64,000 nucleotides of DNA from Bdellovibrionales bacterium (GCA_965217115.1 OZ244239.1:256001-320000), one strand, 5' to 3'; counted from the stretch's first letter, positions 9,572-20,836 are shown. The notes: generated from the sequence alone by a model not told the origin. Program-made: numbers and translations.

Positions 9572-11731
9572 ATGAAGGAAAAATCAGAGAGAAAAAACTG
9601 GCTAAAGATACTTGTTATTCTTCTCATTCTCATCTTGAGCTATTCTTTTTTTACTTTTGATCTAGGTCAGTATCTAACACTTGATTACCTAAAATCTCAA
9701 AGGCAGTCCTTGCAAGCCTATTACATAGGCCATCGATTTTCTACTATTCTGATCTTTACGGGTGTTTACATTCTTGTAACCGCCCTTTCATTGCCTGGCG
9801 CCGCAATTATGACTCTTGCAGGAGGAGCTATATTTGGCACAGCCATAGGGACTATCACTGTTTCTTTTGCAAGCACCATTGGAGCAACACTGGCTTTCTT
9901 GGCCTCTCGTTTTTTGCTAAAAGACTATATTCAGAGCAAATTTGCTTCAAGGCTTAAGATAATAAATGAAGGTGTGGCTAAGGATGGGGCCTTTTTTCTT
10001 TTTACGATGCGTTTGATTCCTGCATTTCCATTTTTTCTTATCAATTTGGCCATGGGACTAACATCTATTGGAGTCATAACTTTTTTCTTTGTCAGCCAAA
10101 TTGGGATGCTTGCAGGCACGTTGGTTTTCGTTAATGCTGGTCATCAATTGAGTCAGATTACTTCTTTGTCAGGAGTTCTATCTCCAAATCTCTTAGGCTC
10201 TTTTGCTCTTATAGGTATTGCCCCCTTTATCTTCAAAGGTTTTATTGGCTATATTAAATCTCGCAAATATCTTAAAAAATATAAGAGCCCTAAGAAATTT
10301 AATTATAACCTCGTTGTCATAGGCGCTGGTTCAGGTGGTCTAGTCACCTCCTACATTGCTTCAGCGATTAAGGCTAAGGTTGCTTTAATTGAAAAACATA
10401 AAATGGGTGGAGATTGTCTCAATACAGGGTGTGTTCCTAGTAAAGCCCTCATCCGCTCTGCTAAAATGGTTCACTACTACAGAAACAGTCAAAAATACGG
10501 CATTGAATCTGTTGATTTTAAATTTAACTTTGCAGATGTTATGGAGAGGATTCAATCAGTTATCAAAAAAATCGAACCCCATGATTCCATTGAGCGATAC
10601 TCTGATTTAGGAGTTGATTGTATTCAGGGAGAGGCAAAAATTCTTTCTCCCTATGAGGTCCAAGTCAATAACGAGATTATCACGACTAAGAATATTATCA
10701 TCGCAACAGGGGCGCGCCCCTTCGTCCCGTCTATTCCTGGGTTAGAGGAAATAGATTTTCTTACCTCTGACAATGTGTGGAATTTACGAGAGCTTCCAAA
10801 AAAAATGATCGTTCTCGGTGGTGGGCCTATAGGTAGTGAGCTGGCACAGGCCTTCCAAAGACTTGGAGCTGAAATCACAATGATAGAACGTGGCTCTACC
10901 ATTATGGGGCGAGAAGATGACGAGATCTCTGCTGCGGTTATGGAGAAATTTCGTCATGACGGGATCAATCTACTGACCGAACACTCTGCCAAAAAAATTA
11001 TTAAAGAGAATGATCAACAGTCTCTTATCTGTGAAAAAAACAATGGCGAGGAGGTTAAGATTCCATTCGACAAAATTCTTCTCGCCCTCGGGCGAAGAGC
11101 TAACGTCACGGGTTTTGGTCTGGAAGAACTAGACATCAAGATAACAGAACGGGGAACCATCCAAGCCGATGAGTTTTTAAGAACTAATTACCCTAATATT
11201 TACGTCTGTGGTGATGTTGCTGGTCCCTATCAATTCACCCATACGGCTGCCCATCAGGCATGGTATGCTGCTGTGAATGCTCTTCTCTCTCCTATAAAGA
11301 AATTCAAAACTGATTATTCCGTTATCCCATGGGCCACGTTCACCGATCCAGAGGTTGCACGGGTGGGTCTCAATGAAAAAGAGGCTATCGAACAGAACAT
11401 CTCTTATGATGTGACCACATATGGAATTGATGATCTTGATCGTGCCATTGCCGACGACACAGACTATGGCATTGTCAAAGTTCTTACCGAGCCTGGCAAA
11501 GATCGCATATTAGGTGTTACCATTATGGGCCAGCATGCAGGAGATATTATTGCCGAATTCATTTTAGCGATGAAATACAACCTTGGTCTCAACAAAATAC
11601 TCGGCACAATTCATATTTATCCTACAAATGCAGAAATGAATAAATACGCCGCAGGTAATTGGAAAAAAGCCAACGTTCCTCGGAAATTATTAAAATTAGT
11701 TGAAAAATTTCATGCTTACCGAAGAGGTTAA
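9572..11731 (+). CDS. DedA/TVP38 (SNARE-associated) membrane domain fused to a pyridine nucleotide-disulfide oxidoreductase
   Basis: N-terminal TM region with LPGAAIMTLAGG and MRLIPAFPFFLIN. FAD motif GAGSGG, redox motif GDCLNTGCVPSK, GGGPIGSE, HIYPTNAE. Confidence 0.9.
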   Translation: MKEKSERKNWLKILVILLILILSYSFFTFDLGQYLTLDYLKSQRQSLQAYYIGHRFSTILIFTGVYILVTALSLPGAAIMTLAGGAIFGTAIGTITVSFASTIGATLAFLASRFLLKDYIQSKFASRLKIINEGVAKDGAFFLFTMRLIPAFPFFLINLAMGLTSIGVITFFFVSQIGMLAGTLVFVNAGHQLSQITSLSGVLSPNLLGSFALIGIAPFIFKGFIGYIKSRKYLKKYKSPKKFNYNLVVIGAGSGGLVTSYIASAIKAKVALIEKHKMGGDCLNTGCVPSKALIRSAKMVHYYRNSQKYGIESVDFKFNFADVMERIQSVIKKIEPHDSIERYSDLGVDCIQGEAKILSPYEVQVNNEIITTKNIIIATGARPFVPSIPGLEEIDFLTSDNVWNLRELPKKMIVLGGGPIGSELAQAFQRLGAEITMIERGSTIMGREDDEISAAVMEKFRHDGINLLTEHSAKKIIKENDQQSLICEKNNGEEVKIPFDKILLALGRRANVTGFGLEELDIKITERGTIQADEFLRTNYPNIYVCGDVAGPYQFTHTAAHQAWYAAVNALLSPIKKFKTDYSVIPWATFTDPEVARVGLNEKEAIEQNISYDVTTYGIDDLDRAIADDTDYGIVKVLTEPGKDRILGVTIMGQHAGDIIAEFILAMKYNLGLNKILGTIHIYPTNAEMNKYAAGNWKKANVPRKLLKLVEKFHAYRRG

Positions 11732-11786
11732 AATCACCCAGAATGATCACTTATATTACAGAAGTTAATAGACCGTGTGCTGATTT

Positions 11787-14700
11787 TTATTTTAATCCAA
11801 CAAACTCTAAATCTCCGAAGCTCTTATGTAAACGCTCTACCAACGCCAAATTAGTTTTAACTCTAAAATCCTCAGAGATATCCAAATAAGTCACTCTCTT
11901 AAGATCATTCAAAAACACCGACACGGACACCTTCGTCTCACCCGGGAACTCTTCACAAATATTCTTCAATTCCTCCAATTGACTCTCAACAAATTTTTCA
12001 GACAGATTAAAAGTAATCCCTCTAGAGGATGTCATTTTCTCTTCTATAATCTCAATGTCATCAACGATCACTTTGAAGTGCCCCTCTTTTTGCTCTAATT
12101 TCCCACTCACAAGAACTGGATCATCAGTATTCACTTTCGCCTCAAGATCCTCATACGCATCTGGAGGTATTACCAGCTCGATCGTGCTACTTAAGCCCTC
12201 TAAATAAGCAAAGGCCATTTTTGTTCCTTTCTTGGTGATAAAAAGCTTCTGCCCTCCTATAATTCCAGCAAATGTCACTGGGCATTGACTTACAACCTTA
12301 CCAAAGTGAGTTTTTCCCTTAATCTTAGGTAGACTTTCATATTTCTCCTCATCCATATCTTCAATGGAACATGACGTCCACAACCTTAGAAATCTATCCA
12401 ACCCATTTAATGGATGATCGCTCAAGTAAAAGCCCAAGACCTCTTTCTCATATTGCAGACGAGTTTGCCGTGTCCATGGAGGAAGACTATCTAAAACTAC
12501 TTTTTGTTCAGCCGCTTCCTCCGAGATAGAAAATAAACTCACCTGACCAACCTCTGCATCATGTCGATTTAACTCGGCCCTCTCCAGAAACTTTGTGTAT
12601 CCATTCAATAAACTAGCCCTATTATAATCAAAGCCATCAAGACCACCTGCTTTAATTAGGCACTCAACCACCTTCTTATTGACCCGACGTAAATCAATCG
12701 TATCAAAAAACTCTTCCAATGATGTAAATTGCTGGGACTCTAAACTATTGCGGCCCTCGATAAGAGCCTCCACTGCCGCTGACCCTACACCCTTAATCGC
12801 CCCCATACTGTAAAACACCATGTTATCTCTTACATCAAAGAGAATCGATGATTTATTCACATGGGGACTGCCCACCTCAATATCATGCTGGCGAGCATCC
12901 TTTACAATACGCACAACTTTATCCGTATTATTCATTTCAGAACTCAATAGACCACCATAAAACTCTGCAGTGTAATGGTTTTTTAACCAAGCTGTTTGTG
13001 CTGTAATCACGGAATAGCCCGCTGCATGGGATTTATTAAACCCATAGGAGGCAAACTTAAACATCAATTCAAATAGCTCTTCGGCTTTCTCCTTATCAAA
13101 TTTCTTGCTCACTGCACCTTCAATAAAACGTGCACGCTGCTGCTCCATCTCGGAAGTGATTTTCTTACCCATCGCGCGACGAAGCATATCGGCTTCACCC
13201 AAAGAATATCCAGCAATCTTTGCTGCAATTAACTGAACCTGTTCTTGATAAACGATAATTCCGTGGGTCTCCTTAAGAATTTCTTCTAACTCGACAAAAA
13301 GATATTCTACCTCTTCTGTTCCATGGTGTCTTGCTGTAAAAGATCGAATCATGTCCATCGGGCCTGGACGATACAATGACGTAATTGCCATAATATCGGC
13401 AAAGCTTGTCGGCTTAATCATCCTCGTCGCATCGGTAATTCCATCCCCTGAAAATTGAAAAACTCCCGTTGTATCACCACGGGATAATGTCTCATAAATA
13501 GCCTTATCGTTAATATCAATTTCTTCAGATAGAATCGTTTTATTCCGATTCTTTTTTATAAGGTCTAAAGAGTGTTGGATATGTGTTAAAGTCTTTAATC
13601 CAAGAAAATCAAATTTAATTAAACCCATCTTTTCAGCGTACTTCATATCATACTGAATAATGCTCTCTCCGTCTGACCCTCGTGCTAATGGAGAATAATT
13701 CACCAATTCTTGATCGGCAATAATCACACCCGCTGCATGAATCCCCGCATGGCGGACTAAGCCTTCAATCTTTAGAGCAATGTTAATCAAATTGTTAACC
13801 TGCGGATCCATCTCCATCAATTCAGACAATTTTGGCTCTTGCTCTAGAGCTTTGGTTAAATTAATATCTAAATCATCTGGTATGAGCTTAGCAATAGGGT
13901 CGACATCTGAATAGAGCATCCCTAAGACTCGCCCCACATCACGCACGGCCGCTTTGGCCTTTAACCTTCCGTAAGTAATAATTTGTGAAACATTTTCTTG
14001 GCCATACTTATTTGTCACATAGTCTATTACCTCTCCACGGCGATCCTGACAAAAATCAATATCAAAATCTGGCATGGAGATACGCTCAGGGTTCAAAAAT
14101 CTTTCAAAAATTAATTCATTAGACAACGGTTCTAAATCTGTAATTCCTAAACAATAAGCGACAAGACTGCCTGCACCTGATCCTCGTCCTGGCCCCACAG
14201 GAATACCGCAACCCTTTGCCCAGCTAATAAAATCCTCTACGATTAAAAAGTAACCATTAAAACCCATACTATCAATCACTGACAATTCATATTCTAAGCG
14301 ATCATTATACTCTTTTAATAGCTCTTTAGAAAATTTCCATCCACGCCCACGCAAAAAGTCTAAACGCACCTTTAAGCCATCTTCACTTTTTAAACGAATA
14401 GCCCCTGTCAGAGACAGCCCTCTCTCAGTGGGAAACACAGGCAAATGATAAATCGCCTGCCCCTCTTTATCTTTAAGCTTAAACTCCACATTACAACGGT
14501 CACTGATTTCTAAAGTGCGCTCATAAACCTCTGGCATATCCGAAAAGAGATCCCTCATCTCTTTGGGACTCTTAAAGTAAAACTGATCAGTCCCAAGTTT
14601 ATAACGATTTTCATCCATGATTGTTTTATTGCTACCAATACACACAAGAACTTCTTGCCCCAACTGGTCCTCTTGCTCGGTGTAATGCACATCATTGGCC

Positions 14701-15311
14701 GCCACCAAGGGTATTCCTAACTCTCTTGATAATTCCATTAAGAACGGATTAACTGTCTCCCATGCAGGCACGCCAGTGCGATTCATTTCTAAATAGAATC
14801 TATCTCCATAGATTTCTTTAAAAACATTTGCTTTGCGCTTAGCCTCATCTGGACCACGATTTAAAAATGTCCACGGAATTTCTCCTTGAAGTCCACCCGA
14901 AAGAGCAATGAGACCCTGATTATGTTCTTGTAAAATTTCATAATCAATACGAGGGCGATAGTAAAAACCTTCCTGATAACCAATGGTTGATATTTTAGTC
15001 AGCCTTTGATAGCCCTTGTAATCCATCGCTAGCAAAACCAGTTTACGATTGGGCGTCGATATTGCATCACGATCTTGAGTCTTCTCATGGCGACTGCCTG
15101 GAGCTATTAAAACTTCCAAACCAATGATCGGCTTAATTCCAGCACTCTTACAAGAGAAGTAAAACTCTGCCGCACCAAACATATTGCCAATATCGGTCAA
15201 AGCCAAGGCGGGCATCCCCCACTCATTGGCCTTGCGAATTAAATCTTCACTACGACAACTTGCCTCTAATAAAGAATATTGAGAATGTGTATGTAAATGA
15301 ACAAAAGACAT
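11787..15311 (-). CDS. dnaE: DNA polymerase III alpha subunit
   Basis: PHP motif FVHLHTHSQYSLL, GPGRGSGAGS, RISMPDFDIDF, GLIKFDFLGL, YGFNKSHA. Likely start ATG 15311. Confidence 0.98.
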   Translation of the reverse strand: MSFVHLHTHSQYSLLEASCRSEDLIRKANEWGMPALALTDIGNMFGAAEFYFSCKSAGIKPIIGLEVLIAPGSRHEKTQDRDAISTPNRKLVLLAMDYKGYQRLTKISTIGYQEGFYYRPRIDYEILQEHNQGLIALSGGLQGEIPWTFLNRGPDEAKRKANVFKEIYGDRFYLEMNRTGVPAWETVNPFLMELSRELGIPLVAANDVHYTEQEDQLGQEVLVCIGSNKTIMDENRYKLGTDQFYFKSPKEMRDLFSDMPEVYERTLEISDRCNVEFKLKDKEGQAIYHLPVFPTERGLSLTGAIRLKSEDGLKVRLDFLRGRGWKFSKELLKEYNDRLEYELSVIDSMGFNGYFLIVEDFISWAKGCGIPVGPGRGSGAGSLVAYCLGITDLEPLSNELIFERFLNPERISMPDFDIDFCQDRRGEVIDYVTNKYGQENVSQIITYGRLKAKAAVRDVGRVLGMLYSDVDPIAKLIPDDLDINLTKALEQEPKLSELMEMDPQVNNLINIALKIEGLVRHAGIHAAGVIIADQELVNYSPLARGSDGESIIQYDMKYAEKMGLIKFDFLGLKTLTHIQHSLDLIKKNRNKTILSEEIDINDKAIYETLSRGDTTGVFQFSGDGITDATRMIKPTSFADIMAITSLYRPGPMDMIRSFTARHHGTEEVEYLFVELEEILKETHGIIVYQEQVQLIAAKIAGYSLGEADMLRRAMGKKITSEMEQQRARFIEGAVSKKFDKEKAEELFELMFKFASYGFNKSHAAGYSVITAQTAWLKNHYTAEFYGGLLSSEMNNTDKVVRIVKDARQHDIEVGSPHVNKSSILFDVRDNMVFYSMGAIKGVGSAAVEALIEGRNSLESQQFTSLEEFFDTIDLRRVNKKVVECLIKAGGLDGFDYNRASLLNGYTKFLERAELNRHDAEVGQVSLFSISEEAAEQKVVLDSLPPWTRQTRLQYEKEVLGFYLSDHPLNGLDRFLRLWTSCSIEDMDEEKYESLPKIKGKTHFGKVVSQCPVTFAGIIGGQKLFITKKGTKMAFAYLEGLSSTIELVIPPDAYEDLEAKVNTDDPVLVSGKLEQKEGHFKVIVDDIEIIEEKMTSSRGITFNLSEKFVESQLEELKNICEEFPGETKVSVSVFLNDLKRVTYLDISEDFRVKTNLALVERLHKSFGDLEFVGLK

Positions 15312-15312
15312 T

Positions 15313-16854
15313 CTACTCCCACTCAATGGTTCCGGGGGGCTTGCTGGTCACATCATAAACCACACGGTTAACCCCTGAAACTTCATTAGTAATTCTATTA
15401 GAGAGATTTTTCATAAAATCTGGGGAAAATGGGTGCCAATCAGCCGTCATACCATCTTGACTCGTCACTGCCCTAATCACTAAAACCTTTTCATAAGTTC
15501 GCGCATCACCCTGAACACCCACCGTCTTCACGGGTAATAAAACACAAAATGCCTGCCAAATTTTATCGTAAAGGTTTTTATCTTTTAATTCACGGATATA
15601 AATATCATCACAATCGCGTAAAACATCCAGTGATTCTTTTGTCACTTCTCCCATGATACGAATGGCAAGCCCTGGTCCTGGAAATGGATGACGCCAAAGC
15701 ACATCTCTTGATAAACCTAATTGCTTTCCTAAATGCCTCACCTCGTCCTTAAAAAGTTCTCTCAAGGGCTCTACCAAATCCAAATCCATCTTATCTGGCA
15801 AACCACCCACGTTGTGATGGGACTTAATCGTCGCCGATTCTCCACGGAGGGAAACACTCTCGATCACATCTGGATATAAGGTCCCCTGCGCCAGCCACTT
15901 CACCTGATTCGGTAAGTTCTTTGTCGCCTCCATAAAGACATCAATAAAAAGACCACCAATGATCTTTCTCTTTTTCTCAGGATCAGAGACACCACTTAGT
16001 TTCTCTACAAAAAGTTCACTAGCATCTACCCCTTGAACATTAAGTCCTACTTTTTGATAGAGATTTAGAACGCTTTCATATTCATTTTTTCGCAATAAAC
16101 CATTATTAACAAAAACACAGTGCACTCTCTGAGCACCTAATGCCTTTGTTAACAAAGTTCCAACTACTGTTGAATCCACACCTCCACTGATAGCACAGAG
16201 AACATGATCCTCAACGCCTACTTTTTGCCGAACCGACTCCAACAAATGCTCGGCAATGAATCCAGAATTCCAAGTTTTCTTAGCCTTGCAATACTTCTGA
16301 GCAAAATGTTGGAAGAGCTTTTCACCATGCTGAGTGTGACTCACCTCTGGATGAAACTGCATGGCCATCACGCCAGGCCCCTCCATCGCCGCTGGATGAT
16401 TGAACTCCGAATAAGCTGTTACACTAAACCCAGGAGGAGGAGCCTTTAAAATATCTCCATGACTCATCCAAACTTTTTGTTTCAGAGGAACACCATAAAG
16501 ATCTCTCTTCCAGCTGATCTCATTATCTCCGTATTCTTTCGTTTCAGCTTTTTCTATAACACCGCCAAGCTCTTTAGCTATTAGCTGCATTCCATAACAA
16601 ATACCCAAGAGTGGAGCTATCTCCGCAAGCTCTTTCACGGTCCTATGTGGAGAGTCTTCATTGTTCACAGAGCTAGGTCCACCACTGAGAATAATTCCCG
16701 CGGGATTCATTTTTTTTATTTTTTCAATATCTACATCATAGGGAAACAACTCCGAGTAATAACCCAACTCTCTAAAACGTCGGGCAATCACTTGAGTTAG
16801 TTGTGACCCAAAATCCAATATTGCAAATCCACCATGCACAGTTTCTACTGCCAC
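15313..16854 (-). CDS. guaA: GMP synthase (glutamine-hydrolysing)
   Basis: LDFGSQ, GICYGMQ, QFHPE, SGGVDS, IKSHHNVGG, KPPGTIEWE. Confidence 0.98.
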   Translation of the reverse strand: MAVETVHGGFAILDFGSQLTQVIARRFRELGYYSELFPYDVDIEKIKKMNPAGIILSGGPSSVNNEDSPHRTVKELAEIAPLLGICYGMQLIAKELGGVIEKAETKEYGDNEISWKRDLYGVPLKQKVWMSHGDILKAPPPGFSVTAYSEFNHPAAMEGPGVMAMQFHPEVSHTQHGEKLFQHFAQKYCKAKKTWNSGFIAEHLLESVRQKVGVEDHVLCAISGGVDSTVVGTLLTKALGAQRVHCVFVNNGLLRKNEYESVLNLYQKVGLNVQGVDASELFVEKLSGVSDPEKKRKIIGGLFIDVFMEATKNLPNQVKWLAQGTLYPDVIESVSLRGESATIKSHHNVGGLPDKMDLDLVEPLRELFKDEVRHLGKQLGLSRDVLWRHPFPGPGLAIRIMGEVTKESLDVLRDCDDIYIRELKDKNLYDKIWQAFCVLLPVKTVGVQGDARTYEKVLVIRAVTSQDGMTADWHPFSPDFMKNLSNRITNEVSGVNRVVYDVTSKPPGTIEWE

Positions 16855-16885
16855 ATCATTCTCCTGATAATACTTTAATAAAGAA

Positions 16886-18355
16886 TCACAACAAATGGTA
16901 ATTTGGAGATTCTTTGGTTATGCTCACATCATGCACATGACTCTCCTTCAAACCCTGGGGACTGATGCGTACAAACTCTGCCTTCTCCTGCAACTTCTCT
17001 ATGTTTTTTGCTCCCAAATAACCCATACCCGATTTTAGACCACCAACAAGCTGATGCAAAATACCAGAAACTGGCCCCTTAAAAGCCACCTTACCCTCAA
17101 TTCCCTCTGGCACTAGCTTCTCGGCATCAAACACATCTGCCTGTCCATAGCGATCTTTTGACCCTTTGCCCATGGCTGCCAAACTGCCCATACCACGATA
17201 GGATTTATAACTACGGCCCTGATACAAAATCAGTTCACCAGGACTCTCACCTGTTCCCGCTAAAAGGTTTCCAATCATCACCGTATTAGCACCCGATGCC
17301 ACGGCTTTTACAATATCTCCAGAAAATTTAATTCCACCATCGGCAATGATTGTCTTGCCTTTTTTTCTTGCCACCTCGGCACAATCCATCACTGCAGTGA
17401 TCTGTGGCATTCCCACACCAGATATAACACGCGTCGTGCAAATACTTCCAGGACCTACCCCCACCTTCACTACATCTGCGCCACTATTGAAGAGACTCTC
17501 TGCTCCTTCAGGTGTTATCACATTCCCTGCGACAATGACCAAGTCAGGATGTTTGCCCCTCATATGCTCCACCATTTTTAAAACATTTTTTGAATGGCCA
17601 TGGGCCGTATCAATCGTCAATACGTCCACCCCTGCTGCAATCAGAGCCTCAGACCGATCTACAGAATCTGAACCCACACCCACCGCAGCTCCCACCAATA
17701 AGCGCCCGTGGGAATCCTTTGATGCCATAGGGTATGCCTTGGCTTTTTGAATATCTTTAATCGTGAGCAATCCTGATAAGTGCCCCCCTTTATCAACCAC
17801 AAGAAGTTTTTCAATACGATACTGATGAAGAAGTTTCTTAGCTTCCTCCAAGGTCGTCCCCTCAGAGGTTGTCACTAAACCATCCTTTGTCATCACTTGA
17901 CTCACAGATTGCTGAAGATTCGTCTCAAAACGAAGATCTCTGTTCGTCAAAATGCCCACGAGTTTTTTGCCTTTTTCAACGACAGGTAGACCACTGATAG
18001 AATATTTCTTCATTAATTCCAACGCATCCTGGACCGAGTTATCTGGATTTAATGTGATAGGGTCCATGATCATGCCACTTTCATGCTTCTTCACCTTTTC
18101 CACATGGAATGCTTGATCTTCAATGGACATATTCTTATGAATTATACCCAAGCCGCCATGTTGAGCCATCATCTGAGCAATCTTACTCTCAGTCACCGTA
18201 TCCATTGCCGCAGAAATAATCGGAACATTTAAATAAATATCTTTTGCAAAAAACACCTTTGTCTCGACCTCAGAAGGAATCACCTCCGAATACTTAGGCA
18301 CAAGCAAAACATCATCAAAGGTCAATGCATAACGAAAGTTCTCTTGCTTCTTCAT
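16886..18355 (-). CDS. guaB: IMP dehydrogenase
   Basis: LTFDDVLLVP, SAAMDTVT, CBS pair, GPGSICTT, YRGMGS. Confidence 0.98.
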   Translation of the reverse strand: MKKQENFRYALTFDDVLLVPKYSEVIPSEVETKVFFAKDIYLNVPIISAAMDTVTESKIAQMMAQHGGLGIIHKNMSIEDQAFHVEKVKKHESGMIMDPITLNPDNSVQDALELMKKYSISGLPVVEKGKKLVGILTNRDLRFETNLQQSVSQVMTKDGLVTTSEGTTLEEAKKLLHQYRIEKLLVVDKGGHLSGLLTIKDIQKAKAYPMASKDSHGRLLVGAAVGVGSDSVDRSEALIAAGVDVLTIDTAHGHSKNVLKMVEHMRGKHPDLVIVAGNVITPEGAESLFNSGADVVKVGVGPGSICTTRVISGVGMPQITAVMDCAEVARKKGKTIIADGGIKFSGDIVKAVASGANTVMIGNLLAGTGESPGELILYQGRSYKSYRGMGSLAAMGKGSKDRYGQADVFDAEKLVPEGIEGKVAFKGPVSGILHQLVGGLKSGMGYLGAKNIEKLQEKAEFVRISPQGLKESHVHDVSITKESPNYHLL

Positions 18356-18382
18356 ATTTACCCTACCTTTTCTAATTTCCTT

Positions 18383-18904
18383 TCAATACCAGGATTTATA
18401 AATTAAATAATTATCAGGAGACTTGTTAATTACTATTTTCTCCTTCTCCGATAGTGGACGTATAACTTTACCTGGATTACCAAAAACCAACATCCCATCC
18501 TCTACGACAGTTCCCTCTGTTAACAATGTCCCTGCGCCAATCAAGCAACCTCTACCGATTTTTACCTGATCCATAATAATAGCACCCATCCCAATTAAGC
18601 TGTTTTCTCCTATCTCACAGCCATGGATCAAGGCCCCGTGACCAATGGACACGCGATCATCTAAAGTTGCACCACATTTTTTATAAGTTCCATGGATAAT
18701 CGCCCCATCTTGAATATTGCACTCCTTCCCTACCCTAATCGAGCAAACATCCCCGCGAATCACGGCCCCAAACCATATCGATGATCTATCTCCAATTTTT
18801 ACGTCACCAATCACAGAGGCCGTTTCAGCAATAAACACATCCGCACCAATATGGGGCTTTACCTTATCACTAACATTGGTTCGATCTCTAATTTCTAACA
18901 ACAT
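18383..18904 (-). CDS. Gamma-carbonic anhydrase family (hexapeptide repeat) protein
   Basis: VIGDVKIG..SIWFGAVIRGD..NIQD..H..IGHGALIHGC, with three His ligands. Confidence 0.92.
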   Translation of the reverse strand: MLLEIRDRTNVSDKVKPHIGADVFIAETASVIGDVKIGDRSSIWFGAVIRGDVCSIRVGKECNIQDGAIIHGTYKKCGATLDDRVSIGHGALIHGCEIGENSLIGMGAIIMDQVKIGRGCLIGAGTLLTEGTVVEDGMLVFGNPGKVIRPLSEKEKIVINKSPDNYLIYKSWY

Positions 18905-18929
18905 TCATCGATCTCCAAGTAAAGAAAGA

Positions 18930-19457
18930 TCACATTAAATACTTATGGGACCTTAATTGTGCGTAATTAGAAATATCTATTCCCTGAGCCACATCTGTTG
19001 GGTCAATCTCCATTACGCGACTCTCTTGTATGAACTGAGCAGTGCCATAAAATGGAGTTTCTAACTCCAAACAAATAGTCATTACATCCTCTATAAGAAC
19101 ACGCATTTTACGCAGATTTGGGTGGTTTTTAAAATACAAAACTCCATACTGCTGTTGTCTTGAAATATCAGTAAACACACACTTAGAAATTTCTAAATTT
19201 AAACTCTCTAATAAATTTAATAAAAAACTATCTCTCGTTTTGGACATCCCGTTCTTGAGCTTTTGATCAACAAGTATCGCCGCTTCAAGAGGATTTAAAA
19301 AAATAGGAAGGGACACTGTGGTATTCTCCGATTTCATAATCATCATCGGACACTCCATATTCCCAGTTAAAGTCACTCCGTAGGGGAACAATCTAATGGT
19401 TTCACTCTTGAGTGAATGCTTAAAAACCTTATCTATCGGTATCGACATCTTGTTCAC
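18930..19457 (-). CDS. Bifunctional nuclease-like (DUF151) domain protein, divergent
   Basis: PMMIMKS...SLPIFLNPLEAAIL pattern. The C-terminal motif is degenerate. Confidence 0.55.
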   Translation of the reverse strand: MNKMSIPIDKVFKHSLKSETIRLFPYGVTLTGNMECPMMIMKSENTTVSLPIFLNPLEAAILVDQKLKNGMSKTRDSFLLNLLESLNLEISKCVFTDISRQQQYGVLYFKNHPNLRKMRVLIEDVMTICLELETPFYGTAQFIQESRVMEIDPTDVAQGIDISNYAQLRSHKYLM

Positions 19458-20776
19458 AATACTAACTCCCCCCTGAACGTGTTAGGCATTGAACGGGTGA
19501 CACTGACGTTAACAGTTCTCCCTATCAAATTTTGATTTCCAAAAAAATGGACTAATTTGTTGTGGGAGGAACGGCCAGACAAAGTTTTTCGCTTATCATC
19601 CCATTTTTCTACCAACACAGGGAATACTTGGCCCTCATACTTCTTAACCAGCTCCATAGAGAGTTCATGATGTCTTGTGAACAAGCGATCTAGTCGTTCA
19701 CTTTTCACCCCTTCTTCAATCTGGTTTGTAAACTGAGAGGCCTTAGTAAAGGGACGTGGGCTGTACTTAAAGGCAAACAAGGTTTCGTATTGGGCCTCTT
19801 CGAGTAAACTCATGGTCAACTCAAAGTCTTCTTCTGTTTCACCAGGAAATCCTACGATAATATCTGTAGAAAAAACGACCTCTGGTATTATTTCCCGAAT
19901 CATATTTAACTTCTCTAGATAAATCTCACGGGAATAACCTCGATTCATCTCAGATAGAACCCTCGTACTTCCTGATTGAACGGGGAGATGGATATAATCA
20001 CATATTTTTTCACGATACTTCTGACTAATCTCACACAGCTCTCTATCAAAATCCTTAGGGTGACTTGTTGTGTAGCGAATTCTTTCTATACTCGTGTCTT
20101 CGGCCACTGCCTTGAGTAGATGAGAAAAATGGGCCCCGCACTCTGATTTATACGAATTAACATTCTGTCCAAGTAGAGTGACTTCCTTCACCCCCCTGTT
20201 CACTAGGTTTTGAATATCTTTTATCAAATCTTGTAAGGGGCGACTCTTCTCCCTTCCCCGTGTGTAAGGGACGACGCAAAAAGTGCAAAAATTATCACAG
20301 CCTTTGGTGATATTCACAAAAGTCGACACTCCTGGGTTTCGTACCAAAGTGTCTACATGGTAGGGCTCTCTATGACGGAATCGGGCTGAAACTAATTTCT
20401 TGTTTTTCTCCCTCACTTCAGAAATAATTTCAGGAAGGCTATCAATCGCATCTGTACCAAAGACAAAATCCAACGCCGGAATATCATCAAGTAGGCGCTT
20501 TTTCTCCTGTTGCCCAACACAGCCGCCAACCCCAATCATTAAACGGGGGTTTTTCTTCTTTAACAGACGATAGCGGCCCACTTCAGAATGCACCTTATGC
20601 ACGGGCTTCTCACGCACGCTACAAGAGTTAATAATAATCACTTCAGCCTGATCTGGCGACATCACTGGCGAATAATTCTGCATCTCTAATAAAGAGTACA
20701 TTCTCTCCGTATCATTCACATTCATCTGACAACCGTAGGTAGAAATATAAACCCCACCCACTCTCTGAGTCTCCAT
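19454..20776 (-). CDS. miaB: tRNA-2-methylthio-N6-dimethylallyladenosine synthase
   Basis: TYGCQMN, NSCSVRE, GCDNFCTFC radical SAM motif, STDIIVGFPGET, C-terminal TRAM domain. Confidence 0.97.
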   Translation of the reverse strand: METQRVGGVYISTYGCQMNVNDTERMYSLLEMQNYSPVMSPDQAEVIIINSCSVREKPVHKVHSEVGRYRLLKKKNPRLMIGVGGCVGQQEKKRLLDDIPALDFVFGTDAIDSLPEIISEVREKNKKLVSARFRHREPYHVDTLVRNPGVSTFVNITKGCDNFCTFCVVPYTRGREKSRPLQDLIKDIQNLVNRGVKEVTLLGQNVNSYKSECGAHFSHLLKAVAEDTSIERIRYTTSHPKDFDRELCEISQKYREKICDYIHLPVQSGSTRVLSEMNRGYSREIYLEKLNMIREIIPEVVFSTDIIVGFPGETEEDFELTMSLLEEAQYETLFAFKYSPRPFTKASQFTNQIEEGVKSERLDRLFTRHHELSMELVKKYEGQVFPVLVEKWDDKRKTLSGRSSHNKLVHFFGNQNLIGRTVNVSVTRSMPNTFRGELVL

Positions 20777-20807
20777 CAGTATCCCTTTGCATTAGAAGCC
20801 TAAATGG

Positions 20808-20836
20808 GTTATAAGGGGACTCCCTAAGGGAGTCAA
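20808..20836 (-). promoter_or_regulatory. Sigma70-type promoter of the miaB operon, with an overlapping palindrome
   Basis: Minus strand TTGACT-N17-TATAAC. Perfect inverted repeat GACTCCCT-A-AGGGAGTC at 20818-20834. Confidence 0.6.
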
